Assembly: GCA_963850905.1 (NCBI GenBank)
Contig: CAWKMU010000004.1
Coordinates: 448,001 to 512,000, forward strand
DNA from: an uncultured Gemmatimonadales bacterium
GTDB lineage: Bacteria > Gemmatimonadota > Gemmatimonadetes > Gemmatimonadales > Gemmatimonadaceae
Direction of reading: 5' to 3'
DNA length: 64,000 bases
In this document: piece after piece, positions 52,095 through 61,578 of the stretch
Numbering within the stretch: the first letter of the stretch is position 1
Layout of the letters: each line of letters starts with the position of its first letter
Translations under genes and position numbers: made by a program
Notes under the pieces: generated by a model
What the model was told of the DNA's origin: nothing
The model's input: the letters and a program-made list of their open reading frames with translations, nothing else
The model's database searches: none

Positions 52095-52648
52095 AACCAG
52101 CGCCACGGCGGCCAAGTCGCGAGGAGCTGATCGCGGCCGCCGGGCGCACCGTGCGGGATGTGATCCGGCCCGGGCTTCGCATCCTGTTCGCTGGGATCAA
52201 CCCTGGACTGTACTCCGCCGCCGTCGGGCATCATTTCGCGCGTCCGGGGAACCGGTTCTGGCCAGCGCTGTACGCTGCGGGACTCACCCCTCGTCTCGTC
52301 GCGCCGCACGAGGAGCATGAACTACTCGCGCTCGGGTACGGCGTCACCAACATCGTGGCCCGGTCCACCGCAACGGCCGTGGAGCTCTCGACGCCCGAGC
52401 TCACTCGCGGTGCGCTCTCTCTCCAGACAAAAGTGAGGCGCTATCATCCCCGCGTATTGGCCGTCCTCGGCGTGACAGCCTATCGCGCGGCGTTCAGCCG
52501 TCGGCACGCAGCGCTCGGCCGGCAGCCAGACACCATCGGGGACACCGTGATCTGGGTGCTGCCAAATCCGAGCGGTCTCAATGCACACTACACCCCGAAG
52601 GCCCTCGCGCCGCTCTTTCGCGCAGTGCGCAATGCCGTCGACGGTTGA
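52091..52648 (+). CDS. mug: G/U mismatch-specific DNA glycosylase
   Basis: GINPGL, HFARPGNRFW, LPNPSGLN; GTGA overlap with the upstream gene. Confidence 0.92.
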   Translation: MKPAPRRPSREELIAAAGRTVRDVIRPGLRILFAGINPGLYSAAVGHHFARPGNRFWPALYAAGLTPRLVAPHEEHELLALGYGVTNIVARSTATAVELSTPELTRGALSLQTKVRRYHPRVLAVLGVTAYRAAFSRRHAALGRQPDTIGDTVIWVLPNPSGLNAHYTPKALAPLFRAVRNAVDG

Positions 52649-52650
52649 GA

Positions 52651-53250
52651 CTATCTGGGCCCGCCGTGCTGGCCAACGTTCGACATCTGCTGTTGCATCT
52701 CTTCTTCGCGCTTCGCCTCGTCCTCATGGATCTGAGCGACGTTGCGGTCGAACTGGTCGCGTTGAGGATCAGTCGAGAGAAGATTGCGAGCCGCGGCGAA
52801 TTCCCGATCACGCAGGTCCTTCGCCTGTTGCCGCAAACTGTCCATCCGCTGTCGATCGGGCCGCTCATGCGCGGCATGGGCGCTGTCGACCATCTGTTGG
52901 GCTTGCTCCCCCATCGGCTTGAACAGCTTGCTGTAGCCCCGCTCAATCTCAGGAAACGCGTCCTTCTGGTCCTTGGTGAGACCATCGATGTGTTTCACCG
53001 CATCCTTGAGCGAGGCGAGATCCTCGAAATGCTTCGAAACGTTCGGCGCGCTCGAGTTGGACGACGACTGCGAGCCGTGTCCGTGTCCGCCGTGCCCCCC
53101 TCCACCCATACCGCCCGGCGACCCAAAGCCGCCCATGCCGCCACCCTGCGCGGCCGCCATGATGGGTAATGCGGCGATGGTCACCAGCGCGACGAGCGCC
53201 ACCCTCACCGCGACGCGTACGTCTTGGGTCAGTCCGCGTGCGAACAACAT
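52651..53250 (-). CDS. Secreted helical protein, Spy/CpxP-like
   Basis: Signal peptide, Gly-rich linker, LT.DQ motif, Met/Gln-rich helices. Confidence 0.55.
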   Translation of the reverse strand: MLFARGLTQDVRVAVRVALVALVTIAALPIMAAAQGGGMGGFGSPGGMGGGGHGGHGHGSQSSSNSSAPNVSKHFEDLASLKDAVKHIDGLTKDQKDAFPEIERGYSKLFKPMGEQAQQMVDSAHAAHERPDRQRMDSLRQQAKDLRDREFAAARNLLSTDPQRDQFDRNVAQIHEDEAKREEEMQQQMSNVGQHGGPR

Positions 53251-53309
53251 CGAGAGCTCCCTGAGTTGATGATCCGCCGTTGCGAAACCCCGCCGGCGAC
53301 AGGTTTTGT

Positions 53310-53368
53310 CTTCTAGCGTCTAGCGTCTAACGTCTAGCGTCTGGTAGGGGCGACGCATTGCGTCGCCC
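53310..53368 (+). repeat. Heptamer array (CGTCTAG)n abutting a REP palindrome
   Basis: cgtctag repeats run straight into GTAGGGGCGACGCATTGCGTCGCCC. Confidence 0.85.
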
Positions 53369-53741
53369 TCCTGCGCCGCCCGTCTCAGCCGATAGTCAGC
53401 GTAACAGGACCACTAGCCCCCCAATTACCATTCGCGCGCGGCGCCGCAAACGTTGGGGGGTGGCCCGTGTCTGCCCCACAAACCTACATTTTGCGCCCCA
53501 TGCCCAGCCTCCGGCGAGTCGGCGCCTCGACCGGGGTGGCCGCATCGGCCGTCGCGATAGTCGCATTCGCCTGCGCGTCCGCATCCGCCACGCGATGTGG
53601 ACGGGCACCTGGCCCCTCGTCGTCTGGCTGTGAGCAGCGAAGCCCATCGTCAGAACAGCTCACTGCGCTTCAAGCACCGTGCGCGTTAATACTACGACCC
53701 GGAATAGGCATGTCGGATCATTGACCCCACGGGAGGGCGAA

Positions 53742-54599
53742 ATGCCAAACGTGATCGCGCAGGACCTGCGGAGCCACGTCGAGGTCGGTCACGAAAATTC
53801 CACCCCTATCGACCTCTACTACGAAGACCACGGATCCGGCTCGCCGGTGATTCTCATCCACGGCTATCCGCTGGATGGCGCCTCCTGGGAGAAGCAGATA
53901 CCGGCGCTCATTGCCACAGGTCACAGGGTGATCACGTACGACCGAAGGGGCTTCGGCAAATCGAGCCAACCAACGATTGGCTACGACTACGACACGTTCG
54001 CCGACGATCTGCATACGCTCGTCACGCACCTCGAGCTACGGGACTTTTCCCTGGTCGGATTCTCAATGGGCGGCGGCGAGGTCGCACGCTACTTCGGTAA
54101 GTACGGCGCCAATGGCGTACGCAAGGCGGTGATCCTCTCCGGCGTGCCGCCATACCTGCTCAAGACACCCGACAACCCCGAAGGGGTGGACAAGAGCGTG
54201 TTCGACGGAATCCAGGGCGCGATCACAAAGGACCGGTACGCGTTCTTCACCGACTTCTTCGCCAACTTCTACAACACCAATGTCCTGCTGGGAAAGCGTG
54301 TCACCCAGCAGACGGTCCAGTCCAGCTGGAACGTGGCGGCAGCATGCTCGGCGACGGCGACGCTGCAATGCGTTCCAGCGTGGTACACCGACTTCCGAAA
54401 AGACCTGACCCGCATCACGGTGCCGACACTCGTCATGCACGGGGACGCCGATCGCATTCTCCCCATCAGCGCGTCTGGCGCCAGAACGGCAAAGATGATC
54501 AAGGGTGCGAAGTACGTTGTGGTCAAGGATGGGCCGCACAACATCGCGTGGACCCACGCTGACATCGTGACACCGGAGCTCGTCAGCTTCCTCAAGTAG
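53742..54599 (+). CDS. Alpha/beta hydrolase, non-heme haloperoxidase type
   Basis: LYYEDHG.G, IHGYPL, YDRRGFG.S, GFSMGGGEV, HGDAD, GPH. Confidence 0.9.
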   Translation: MPNVIAQDLRSHVEVGHENSTPIDLYYEDHGSGSPVILIHGYPLDGASWEKQIPALIATGHRVITYDRRGFGKSSQPTIGYDYDTFADDLHTLVTHLELRDFSLVGFSMGGGEVARYFGKYGANGVRKAVILSGVPPYLLKTPDNPEGVDKSVFDGIQGAITKDRYAFFTDFFANFYNTNVLLGKRVTQQTVQSSWNVAAACSATATLQCVPAWYTDFRKDLTRITVPTLVMHGDADRILPISASGARTAKMIKGAKYVVVKDGPHNIAWTHADIVTPELVSFLK

Positions 54600-54826
54600 G
54601 GCCCGAAGACGCCTGCACGTGCACGTTGCGCCGGTCCCGCGACTACGCCGTTGCGGGACCGGCGACGTGATGGGATATCGCCGCGTGTGCCGCGTTGGTT
54701 GCGAGAACGCGCGCCAAGTCGCATCATCGTCCCTGGTCTCCGGACGTTGTTACCACGCGTCAAATGCACCGCGAGCGGTGCCCCTGAATCCGTGACAACT
54801 CCGATCATATCGAACGAACCGGGGAG

Positions 54827-56272
54827 ATGAAGGCAATGACACAGTCGTTGATGACGCGTTGGCCGACGCCGCGCCGACTAGCGCACTTGCTCGGGCTAGC
54901 GGGCGTCGTGGCCGCAGCCCAGATGGCGGCAGGTCAGGCCGCGCCCGGATCGGGGCCGGACGCACTGCCCGGCGTGCTACCGGGCGTCAAGATCGGCGGA
55001 AGCTCCAACATCCACCTGGTCGGGCACGTGACACTCGGTGGCTATGACGCGGTGGACGACAATGAGATCGAGCAGGACCCGGATCGCCCGTATGCGTACG
55101 CGTCCCTTGGCGACATCGACCGGCCAGGTTTCGCGATCATCGATCTTCGCGACCTCAACAACGTGAAGCTGCTGTACCGGTGGCAGATCGAGAACGCGGC
55201 GCTCCACAAGACCATCCTCGGCGCGCCGGACGGCAAGTACTTCAAGCTCAACGGTCGCTACTACTACGTACAGACGTTCCAGTTCAACCAGGGCACACCC
55301 GACGCCGAGCTCGGGGCGGTCGTCGCAGATGTCACTGGGTTGCCCGATACCAGCAAGGTCAAGATCGTCGCCCGCATCCGTGAGCCACAGTACCCCGGTG
55401 GGTTTCACAACTCGTTCATCTACCGACACTCTGATGGACACGTCTATCTCGTCGTGACTGTTGGCGGCCCGTACGCCCAGGTCTACGACTTGGCCAAGGT
55501 GCTGTCGGTGAGCGACCCTGCGCAGTGGAAGGTCGCAGAGATTCCGGTGCCTCAGACCGAGTCCAACACGCGGTTGGGAATGTCCGGGTATCACGATTTC
55601 TACCTAGCGTACGATCCTGGTGGGCATCTGGACAAGTTCTACGGAGCCGGCCGCGGCGGGTATTACGTCTACGACATCAGCGACATCCACCAGCCAAAGC
55701 TTCTGACGTCCATCACTGGCTCGGCCGGCATTTCATCCGGGCACACGATTACGCCGACGCCCGACGGCCGCTACGTCGTGACCGAGACGGAATACCAGTT
55801 CGCACCGCTCCGGATCTTCGATCTCCAGCCCGGTCTCGAGGGGAAGGTACAGAGCATCACCCGTCCGATCGGCGCGTGGAACGCGGACTGGCACGATCTC
55901 GTCCACAACCACGAGGTTCGCTGGCCTTTTGTCTTCGTGTCGGGATACGAAGATGGGTTACAGGTGTTCAGCATGTACGACCCCACACATCCGGTGAGTG
56001 TCGGGTGGTACTACACCTGTCAGTGCGCCCACGAGATCGACCCCCAAGGGTCAGACCGCTGGGGCGTGGACCAGGGGGCCTGGGGTATCGACGTCCGGAA
56101 CCGGGATGGCTTGATCATGATCAGCGACGGCGATACCGGCGTGTGGTTCTTCAAGATGGATGGCTTCAACGGCTGGAATGGCCACGATTGGGGCGTGCCC
56201 AACATCTCCAGCGTCCAGGACTACGATCACGGGCCGGAAGGCGCGACGACTCCGGCCAAGCCGGCGGCGTAA
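54827..56272 (+). CDS. Secreted LVIVD-like propeller protein, paralog C (intact)
   Basis: Signal peptide; same conserved blocks as paralogs A and B. Confidence 0.8.
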   Translation: MKAMTQSLMTRWPTPRRLAHLLGLAGVVAAAQMAAGQAAPGSGPDALPGVLPGVKIGGSSNIHLVGHVTLGGYDAVDDNEIEQDPDRPYAYASLGDIDRPGFAIIDLRDLNNVKLLYRWQIENAALHKTILGAPDGKYFKLNGRYYYVQTFQFNQGTPDAELGAVVADVTGLPDTSKVKIVARIREPQYPGGFHNSFIYRHSDGHVYLVVTVGGPYAQVYDLAKVLSVSDPAQWKVAEIPVPQTESNTRLGMSGYHDFYLAYDPGGHLDKFYGAGRGGYYVYDISDIHQPKLLTSITGSAGISSGHTITPTPDGRYVVTETEYQFAPLRIFDLQPGLEGKVQSITRPIGAWNADWHDLVHNHEVRWPFVFVSGYEDGLQVFSMYDPTHPVSVGWYYTCQCAHEIDPQGSDRWGVDQGAWGIDVRNRDGLIMISDGDTGVWFFKMDGFNGWNGHDWGVPNISSVQDYDHGPEGATTPAKPAA

Positions 56273-56284
56273 ACCGCCGTGTCT

Positions 56285-56314
56285 CCCAACAGGCGCCCTT
56301 CGGCGCCTGTTGGG
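56285..56314. terminator. Hairpin between convergent genes
   Basis: CCCAACAGGCGCC-CTTC-GGCGCCTGTTGGG. Confidence 0.65.
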
Positions 56315-56953
56315 TTACACCGCGGCTTTCGCCCCCTTGCACCGCGTCCGCAGCATGGTATCGGCGTAGTCGAGCAGTGAAGGCTGCGCGCCTCTCGGAG
56401 TCATGAAGTCCCGCGTGCCGGCATTCCGCCTGGAGCCGTACTGCTGCGCCAGCGTGGCATCGTTGTGGACCGCCCACCACTCATTGCACTCGTCGGTCCG
56501 TGCGGCAAGCACGGCTTCCGTGCGGGCGCGATAATAAAAGGACACCGAGAGGAAGAAGTTCGTCTCTGCCGTCGACCGCACCGAGTCGGACAACGACAAG
56601 TATCGGATCGCCATACTCAGCGAGTCGACGTGGGTGTTGAGATTCCGCGAGCTCAGGGAATCGAGTCGCGGGGCGATGTTCATTAGGCGGAACAGGCGGT
56701 TGCCTTCGATCAGCGCGTACCGCGAGACGTCGTCCGAGTCTTCCCGCGACGCGGAGAAGAGCACGGCCCGTAGCGTCGTATAGGCGGAGTCCGGCCGCCG
56801 CTTCAGCTGCTCGTTGTACGTCCTGAGCAGCCCCTCCACGGCCGCTGGATCCTGTTGCACGACCTGAGCGTGCACTCGAGCAGTGGAGCCGATCCCCCCA
56901 ATTCCCATGCACACAACCAAGCTCGCGATCTGCTGCACTCGTGCCAGCGGCAT
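56315..56953 (-). CDS. Hypothetical secreted helical protein
   Basis: Signal-like N-terminus ending VHAQ. Confidence 0.5.
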   Translation of the reverse strand: MPLARVQQIASLVVCMGIGGIGSTARVHAQVVQQDPAAVEGLLRTYNEQLKRRPDSAYTTLRAVLFSASREDSDDVSRYALIEGNRLFRLMNIAPRLDSLSSRNLNTHVDSLSMAIRYLSLSDSVRSTAETNFFLSVSFYYRARTEAVLAARTDECNEWWAVHNDATLAQQYGSRRNAGTRDFMTPRGAQPSLLDYADTMLRTRCKGAKAAV

Positions 56954-57194
56954 GGTACGGCCTCGCTCCGGTGCCCTGTTCGGGTTATCACTGCGTGACT
57001 CGCCACGAACCCTGGCTCGACCGAAGGCCGAAGCCACCCATCCGATCACAAACGACCTGAATTCTAGGTGGCCGAAGAGGCAGGTGAAAGGAGACAGAAG
57101 TCTGCCCTTGTGTACCAACTCTCTCGGCCACCCAAGCTCTTCGTCTCCTTTCTCCTTTCTGGTTCGCTCCTCTCTAATTTGAGCGGCCGTGCCG

Positions 57195-58805
57195 CTAAAA
57201 TTCGGGTATCTCCCCGGGGATGTAATCAGGCAATCCGCCAGCCGGAAAGAAGCCGAGCAGCGCCAGTCCGGCAAGCGCGAAACACGAAACTTTGAGCGCG
57301 ACAAGCCTCGTCTCCGTGTTGATGCGCTCGAGCTCGACCACCTGTCCGGGTGTCGCATCCGTCTGCTGAAAGCTCGCCCGCAACTGGTTGTTGCTGATGA
57401 ACGGGATATCGTCGAGGTTCATCTCGACCTTCAGCTCGTTCGGGATCACGACGTTGTCGGCCAGCTCACGATGCACACTCGTCCCAAGCACCGCGACGAC
57501 CAACGCACCCACCACTGCGGTCCCTACGCCCGAGGCGAGGTTGTTGGCAACGCCGCGCAGCGAGCCGACATCTCCGGCCAGAGTCTTGGGCGAAGCCGAT
57601 ACGAGGACGTTGAACAGCAGGGTCATGAGCGCGCCCTCGCCAAGCCCCGCGAGCGCCATACTGATGATCACGGCAATCGTGCTCCAATCGTTTCGGATGA
57701 CGACGCCGAGCATCGCAACGCCGGCTGACAGGACCAGGAACGCATAACGGGCAATGCGCTGGGGACTCACACGATCGAAGAGTCGTACCACGAGGACCGC
57801 GGCCACGAAGCTCGATAGCGAATAGGGTATGACCGCCACGGCGGTCTGCAGCCCGCTCCGTCCTTGCACCACCTGGATGTAGAGCGGGACCAGGAACGTG
57901 ATGGCCGACCCAAGTGCTCCGACGATGAATAGGCACAGTGTGGCAAATCGTTCTTTGGGAGTCTCCAGCACCTCGAGCGCGAGCAGCGGAGGTTCGCCGA
58001 GCCGCTGGCGTCGCTCAGACCAGGCAAAGAACGCTTGACCGAGAAAAACGCCGCAGATGATCATGATCGGCGCGGGCGACATGTCCACGACGCTGAACGG
58101 CGCTCGAGGTCCAGCGAGCAGCGCGCCCCAATGCGTCAGGTTGTTGGCGCCGATGCTGATCAGGAGCACAGCGGCAGCGGAGAGCACCACGCCAATGGCG
58201 TCGATGCGTACCCCCGAGCGGCCCTGAACCGGTTTGAGCTTGGCGCTGAGAATCCAAACGACCGCCGAGAGCACAACGAGCAGGCCGAATGTGAAACGCC
58301 ATCCCGCGAGCGTGGCCAGCGCTCCGGCGATCAAGAAGGCCAGCACGATCCCCGCCGGCAGTGCCCCCGCCAGCCATCCCAGCGCCTTCTGCTGTTGGTC
58401 GCCTCTGTAGTTGTCAGCAACGAGCACGACGAGCGTGGGAACGAGAGCGGCCGCGGCGGCGCCAGCAATGACCTGAGCCAGGATCACGACCCCGATGCCG
58501 CGACTCAACAGCATGAGCGCCATCGCCCCGCCGAAGAACCCGATCGCCGTGCGAAACACGCGGCGCGAGCCGAACGCCTGACCGAGCTTCGCCCCCAGCA
58601 TGATGAAGCCCGCGACCACCAGCGAATACGTCACGATCGCTGTGCCCAGGACGGTCGCAGGAACATTGAAACTGGAGACAATGCCTTCGATCGACACCTG
58701 AAGTGTCGAGACGTTGAAGATGAGGAGGATCTGTGCCATGGCGATCACAACCATCGGCAACCACGACGCACTCGGCTGGCGATCTGCAGTCGATTCCGTG
58801 TTCAT
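57195..58805 (-). CDS. MFS transporter (DHA2-like)
   Basis: GAKLGQAFGSRR motif A; about 14 hydrophobic segments. Confidence 0.9.
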   Translation of the reverse strand: MNTESTADRQPSASWLPMVVIAMAQILLIFNVSTLQVSIEGIVSSFNVPATVLGTAIVTYSLVVAGFIMLGAKLGQAFGSRRVFRTAIGFFGGAMALMLLSRGIGVVILAQVIAGAAAAALVPTLVVLVADNYRGDQQQKALGWLAGALPAGIVLAFLIAGALATLAGWRFTFGLLVVLSAVVWILSAKLKPVQGRSGVRIDAIGVVLSAAAVLLISIGANNLTHWGALLAGPRAPFSVVDMSPAPIMIICGVFLGQAFFAWSERRQRLGEPPLLALEVLETPKERFATLCLFIVGALGSAITFLVPLYIQVVQGRSGLQTAVAVIPYSLSSFVAAVLVVRLFDRVSPQRIARYAFLVLSAGVAMLGVVIRNDWSTIAVIISMALAGLGEGALMTLLFNVLVSASPKTLAGDVGSLRGVANNLASGVGTAVVGALVVAVLGTSVHRELADNVVIPNELKVEMNLDDIPFISNNQLRASFQQTDATPGQVVELERINTETRLVALKVSCFALAGLALLGFFPAGGLPDYIPGEIPEF

Positions 58806-59095
58806 CAGTCGTCGGGTTCTGCGTCCACTCGAGCGCGGACCTGGCGCGGCAGGATGCGGCTCGGCATTTGAGTGCCCAGGAGCAGTGCAGGCACTAGCAG
58901 GGGTCGCGCACCTGCCCTGCCGGTCCGAGCGGTTCGGCCACAGCCGGATCAACATCCGTGCCCCGTCGTGCGGCCACGCTCGCAATGGATTCCGGATTCA
59001 TCAGTATGTCGTCCTCGCTTTCGCTGTGCTCGCCGGTACTGCTGTCGTACTCGGCAGGCTCTTCGAGTGCACAGCCGCGCCGGCTCGCCATTGCC

Positions 59096-60289
59096 TCACG
59101 GGAGCGCAACGACTTCGTTCTCCTCCGGGATCGCCCGTCGCCGCGGGATGGTTGGATGCGTGTTCTCCTCGAAGACCTGGCCTGACCCCAGGTCAGTGTA
59201 CGATCGCAGCACGTACGGTATCCCCTCGGAAGCGAATACCGCTGGGCCGTCCGTGATCTGAAAGTGAAGATGAGGAGCCGTGGTCTGGCCACTGTTCCCG
59301 AGCAGTGCGATCACGTCGCCGCTCGAGACGTGCTGCCCCATGTGCACTCGGACGCTGCCGAGCTTCAGGTGAGCGTAGGTCGCGTACTGTCCCGAGGCGA
59401 TGCGGATCGTCACGAGATTCCCGGCAATGTTCCCGAGTGTGATCGGCGGCAGTGGCGAATGCGGCGCATTGTCAGGGATGCTGTCCACGACGGCTACCAC
59501 CTGGCCACCAGCAACAGTCTGGACGAACTGCCCAAACCCCCAATAGCTCTCGTTCCGGTGTTCGTCCCCGCGGTGCGTATCGCCATTCGGCCCGACCATG
59601 TTCCAGTCGATTGCGAACCGCTGCGCGAGCCACACGCGCCCACTGACCGCCACGATGGAGCGCCGATGGTCGGAGCTGTTCGATGGGCCGCTCGCCGCCA
59701 CCCATTGGCCACCACGAACCGGCGCCGTCACGACCGGTGCGGCTCCAGGCTGCACGGCCACCACGATGCTGTCGATCGCCGCCCGCGCGCCATGGTCGCT
59801 CCGCATGCTGCTTGAATCGAGAATGTCGAAGACCAGGCGGTGGCGCAGCGCCGCAGGGACCGCCCGCGTGTTCGGGATCGGCAACCAGACAAAGGCCACA
59901 GTCCGACAACCTGGCTGAAGACGGCTGCTGCTGTCCCCCGTCATCGACCCAGCCGGCGCCACCATGGCGCGCAGCGCAGTGTCTCGATACGCGGCCAGCA
60001 GCGTTTCTGGGCTGGCGACGTCCATGATGTCGAGCTCGCGGAGACGCAACGGCCCCGGGGCGAAGTTCGTGATGTGCAGCTCATAGACGAGCACTCGCTG
60101 CGTATCGACGGCGACCGGTATCGGCGCCTTCGGCACGACGACTTCGACACGCGCCTGCCGCGCCGCGATTTGCGCGAACGCCTGCTGCGGAGCAATGCCG
60201 GTCAGCGCCACGAATATCCCCGCGGGAAGCGTCACTGTCTTGCGCCACGCAGGCGCCACTCGGTTGTCGAGCAGCTCTCTATGATGCAT
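59096..60289 (-). CDS. M23 family metallopeptidase
   Basis: H...FAID, GN.V.I, YAHL, GNSG.TTAPHLHF. Confidence 0.88.
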   Translation of the reverse strand: MHHRELLDNRVAPAWRKTVTLPAGIFVALTGIAPQQAFAQIAARQARVEVVVPKAPIPVAVDTQRVLVYELHITNFAPGPLRLRELDIMDVASPETLLAAYRDTALRAMVAPAGSMTGDSSSRLQPGCRTVAFVWLPIPNTRAVPAALRHRLVFDILDSSSMRSDHGARAAIDSIVVAVQPGAAPVVTAPVRGGQWVAASGPSNSSDHRRSIVAVSGRVWLAQRFAIDWNMVGPNGDTHRGDEHRNESYWGFGQFVQTVAGGQVVAVVDSIPDNAPHSPLPPITLGNIAGNLVTIRIASGQYATYAHLKLGSVRVHMGQHVSSGDVIALLGNSGQTTAPHLHFQITDGPAVFASEGIPYVLRSYTDLGSGQVFEENTHPTIPRRRAIPEENEVVALP

Positions 60290-60361
60290 GTGCGTCTCGC
60301 TGTGCGAAGATCTCAGGGGTGAACGGTGCGGAGCGACCGGCCGAGTGTGCGCAGGCGGTCG

Positions 60362-61390
60362 CTACGCCGTGCGCAGATCCCGGAACCGGGATCGGTAGTC
60401 GTTCGGCGACACCTGGAGCACGCGCGAGAACGACCGCCTGAGGCTCTGGATGGAACCGAACCCGCAGTCGCTGGCGATCTTTTCCAGCTTGTCAGGGGAC
60501 TCCTCGAGCCTGCGGCGCGCCGCCTCGACACGGAGGCGCTCGACGAATTGTGCGGGTGTCGTACCCGTATCCTTGTGAAATACGCGCGCGAAATGTCGAG
60601 GACTCATTCCTGCCTGCGCCGCCAGCTGATCGACCCGCAATTCGCGGTGGAGGTTATCGAGGACCCAGGACCGGACGTCGGCGATTTGCTTGCGGTCGGA
60701 TGCTTGAAGCGCGAGCGCGGCGCTGTACTGCGACTGCCCACCCGCTCGCCGCAGATGCAGCACCATCTCGCGGGCTACGCCGAGCGCGAGCGACGATCCG
60801 AGATCTTCCTCGACCAGCGCGAGCGCGAGATCCATCCCCGCGGTGACGCCGGCCGTCGTATAGGTATTCCCGTCCCGGATGTAGATGGGATCGGGATCGA
60901 CCGTCGCTCGCGTATACTGGGTCGCGAGGTCGCCGGCCCATTTCCAGTGGGTGACGGCGCGTTTGCCGTCGAGCAGCCCGGCCGCACCGAGGAGAAACGC
61001 GCCGGTACAGACGGATCCGATTCGGCGGACCCGGGGCGTGACTTTCCGAAGCCATTCGACGAGCTCCGGATCCTGCCCGGCCTCCTGCACCCCGGTGCCA
61101 CCTGCGACGAGGAGCGTGTCGATCGCACCGCGCAGTTGACGGTATGGCGTGCCCCCTGCGAGCTCGAGGCCACAGTTCGTGCTGACGGAGGCGCGGCGTG
61201 TCGTGCTGGCGAGGACCACTGTGTACGGCGCGGGTTGCCCCGGGTGGGCCTTGGCGTAGAGCTCGGCCGCCCGCACGAAGATCTGGAACGGACCGGCGAC
61301 ATCGAGGATCTGCGTATTGGGCGCGGCGAGGAAGACAATCGTCTTCCCCCGACCTTTCGGTGCCCGTCGTTTCGAGAGGGATGCGGTCAT
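60362..61390 (-). CDS. GlxA-type AraC regulator (DJ-1/PfpI + HTH)
   Basis: SVCTGAF, THW, TAGVTAGMDL, RR.GGQSQY, MSPRHFARVF, CGFGS. Confidence 0.93.
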   Translation of the reverse strand: MTASLSKRRAPKGRGKTIVFLAAPNTQILDVAGPFQIFVRAAELYAKAHPGQPAPYTVVLASTTRRASVSTNCGLELAGGTPYRQLRGAIDTLLVAGGTGVQEAGQDPELVEWLRKVTPRVRRIGSVCTGAFLLGAAGLLDGKRAVTHWKWAGDLATQYTRATVDPDPIYIRDGNTYTTAGVTAGMDLALALVEEDLGSSLALGVAREMVLHLRRAGGQSQYSAALALQASDRKQIADVRSWVLDNLHRELRVDQLAAQAGMSPRHFARVFHKDTGTTPAQFVERLRVEAARRRLEESPDKLEKIASDCGFGSIQSLRRSFSRVLQVSPNDYRSRFRDLRTA

Positions 61391-61578
61391 ACGTCGGACG
61401 CTAGCGGCGGAACACGATGGCAGCAATGACGAAAGAGTATCATTTACTGCCATCGCGTCAGATGCAGCGACTGCCACCCGCGCCCCTTACCCCAGACCCC
61501 CAACCCCAGACCCGTTCAGTTTATCTCCCCTCACCTCTCTCCGTCTCTCCTTTCTCGGGGCGCGAAGCGCCCGCGGCG

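Noticed and set aside
14565..52648. DNA repair island (tag, ogt, mug)
   Set aside because: The genes are 15-22 kb apart in unrelated contexts.
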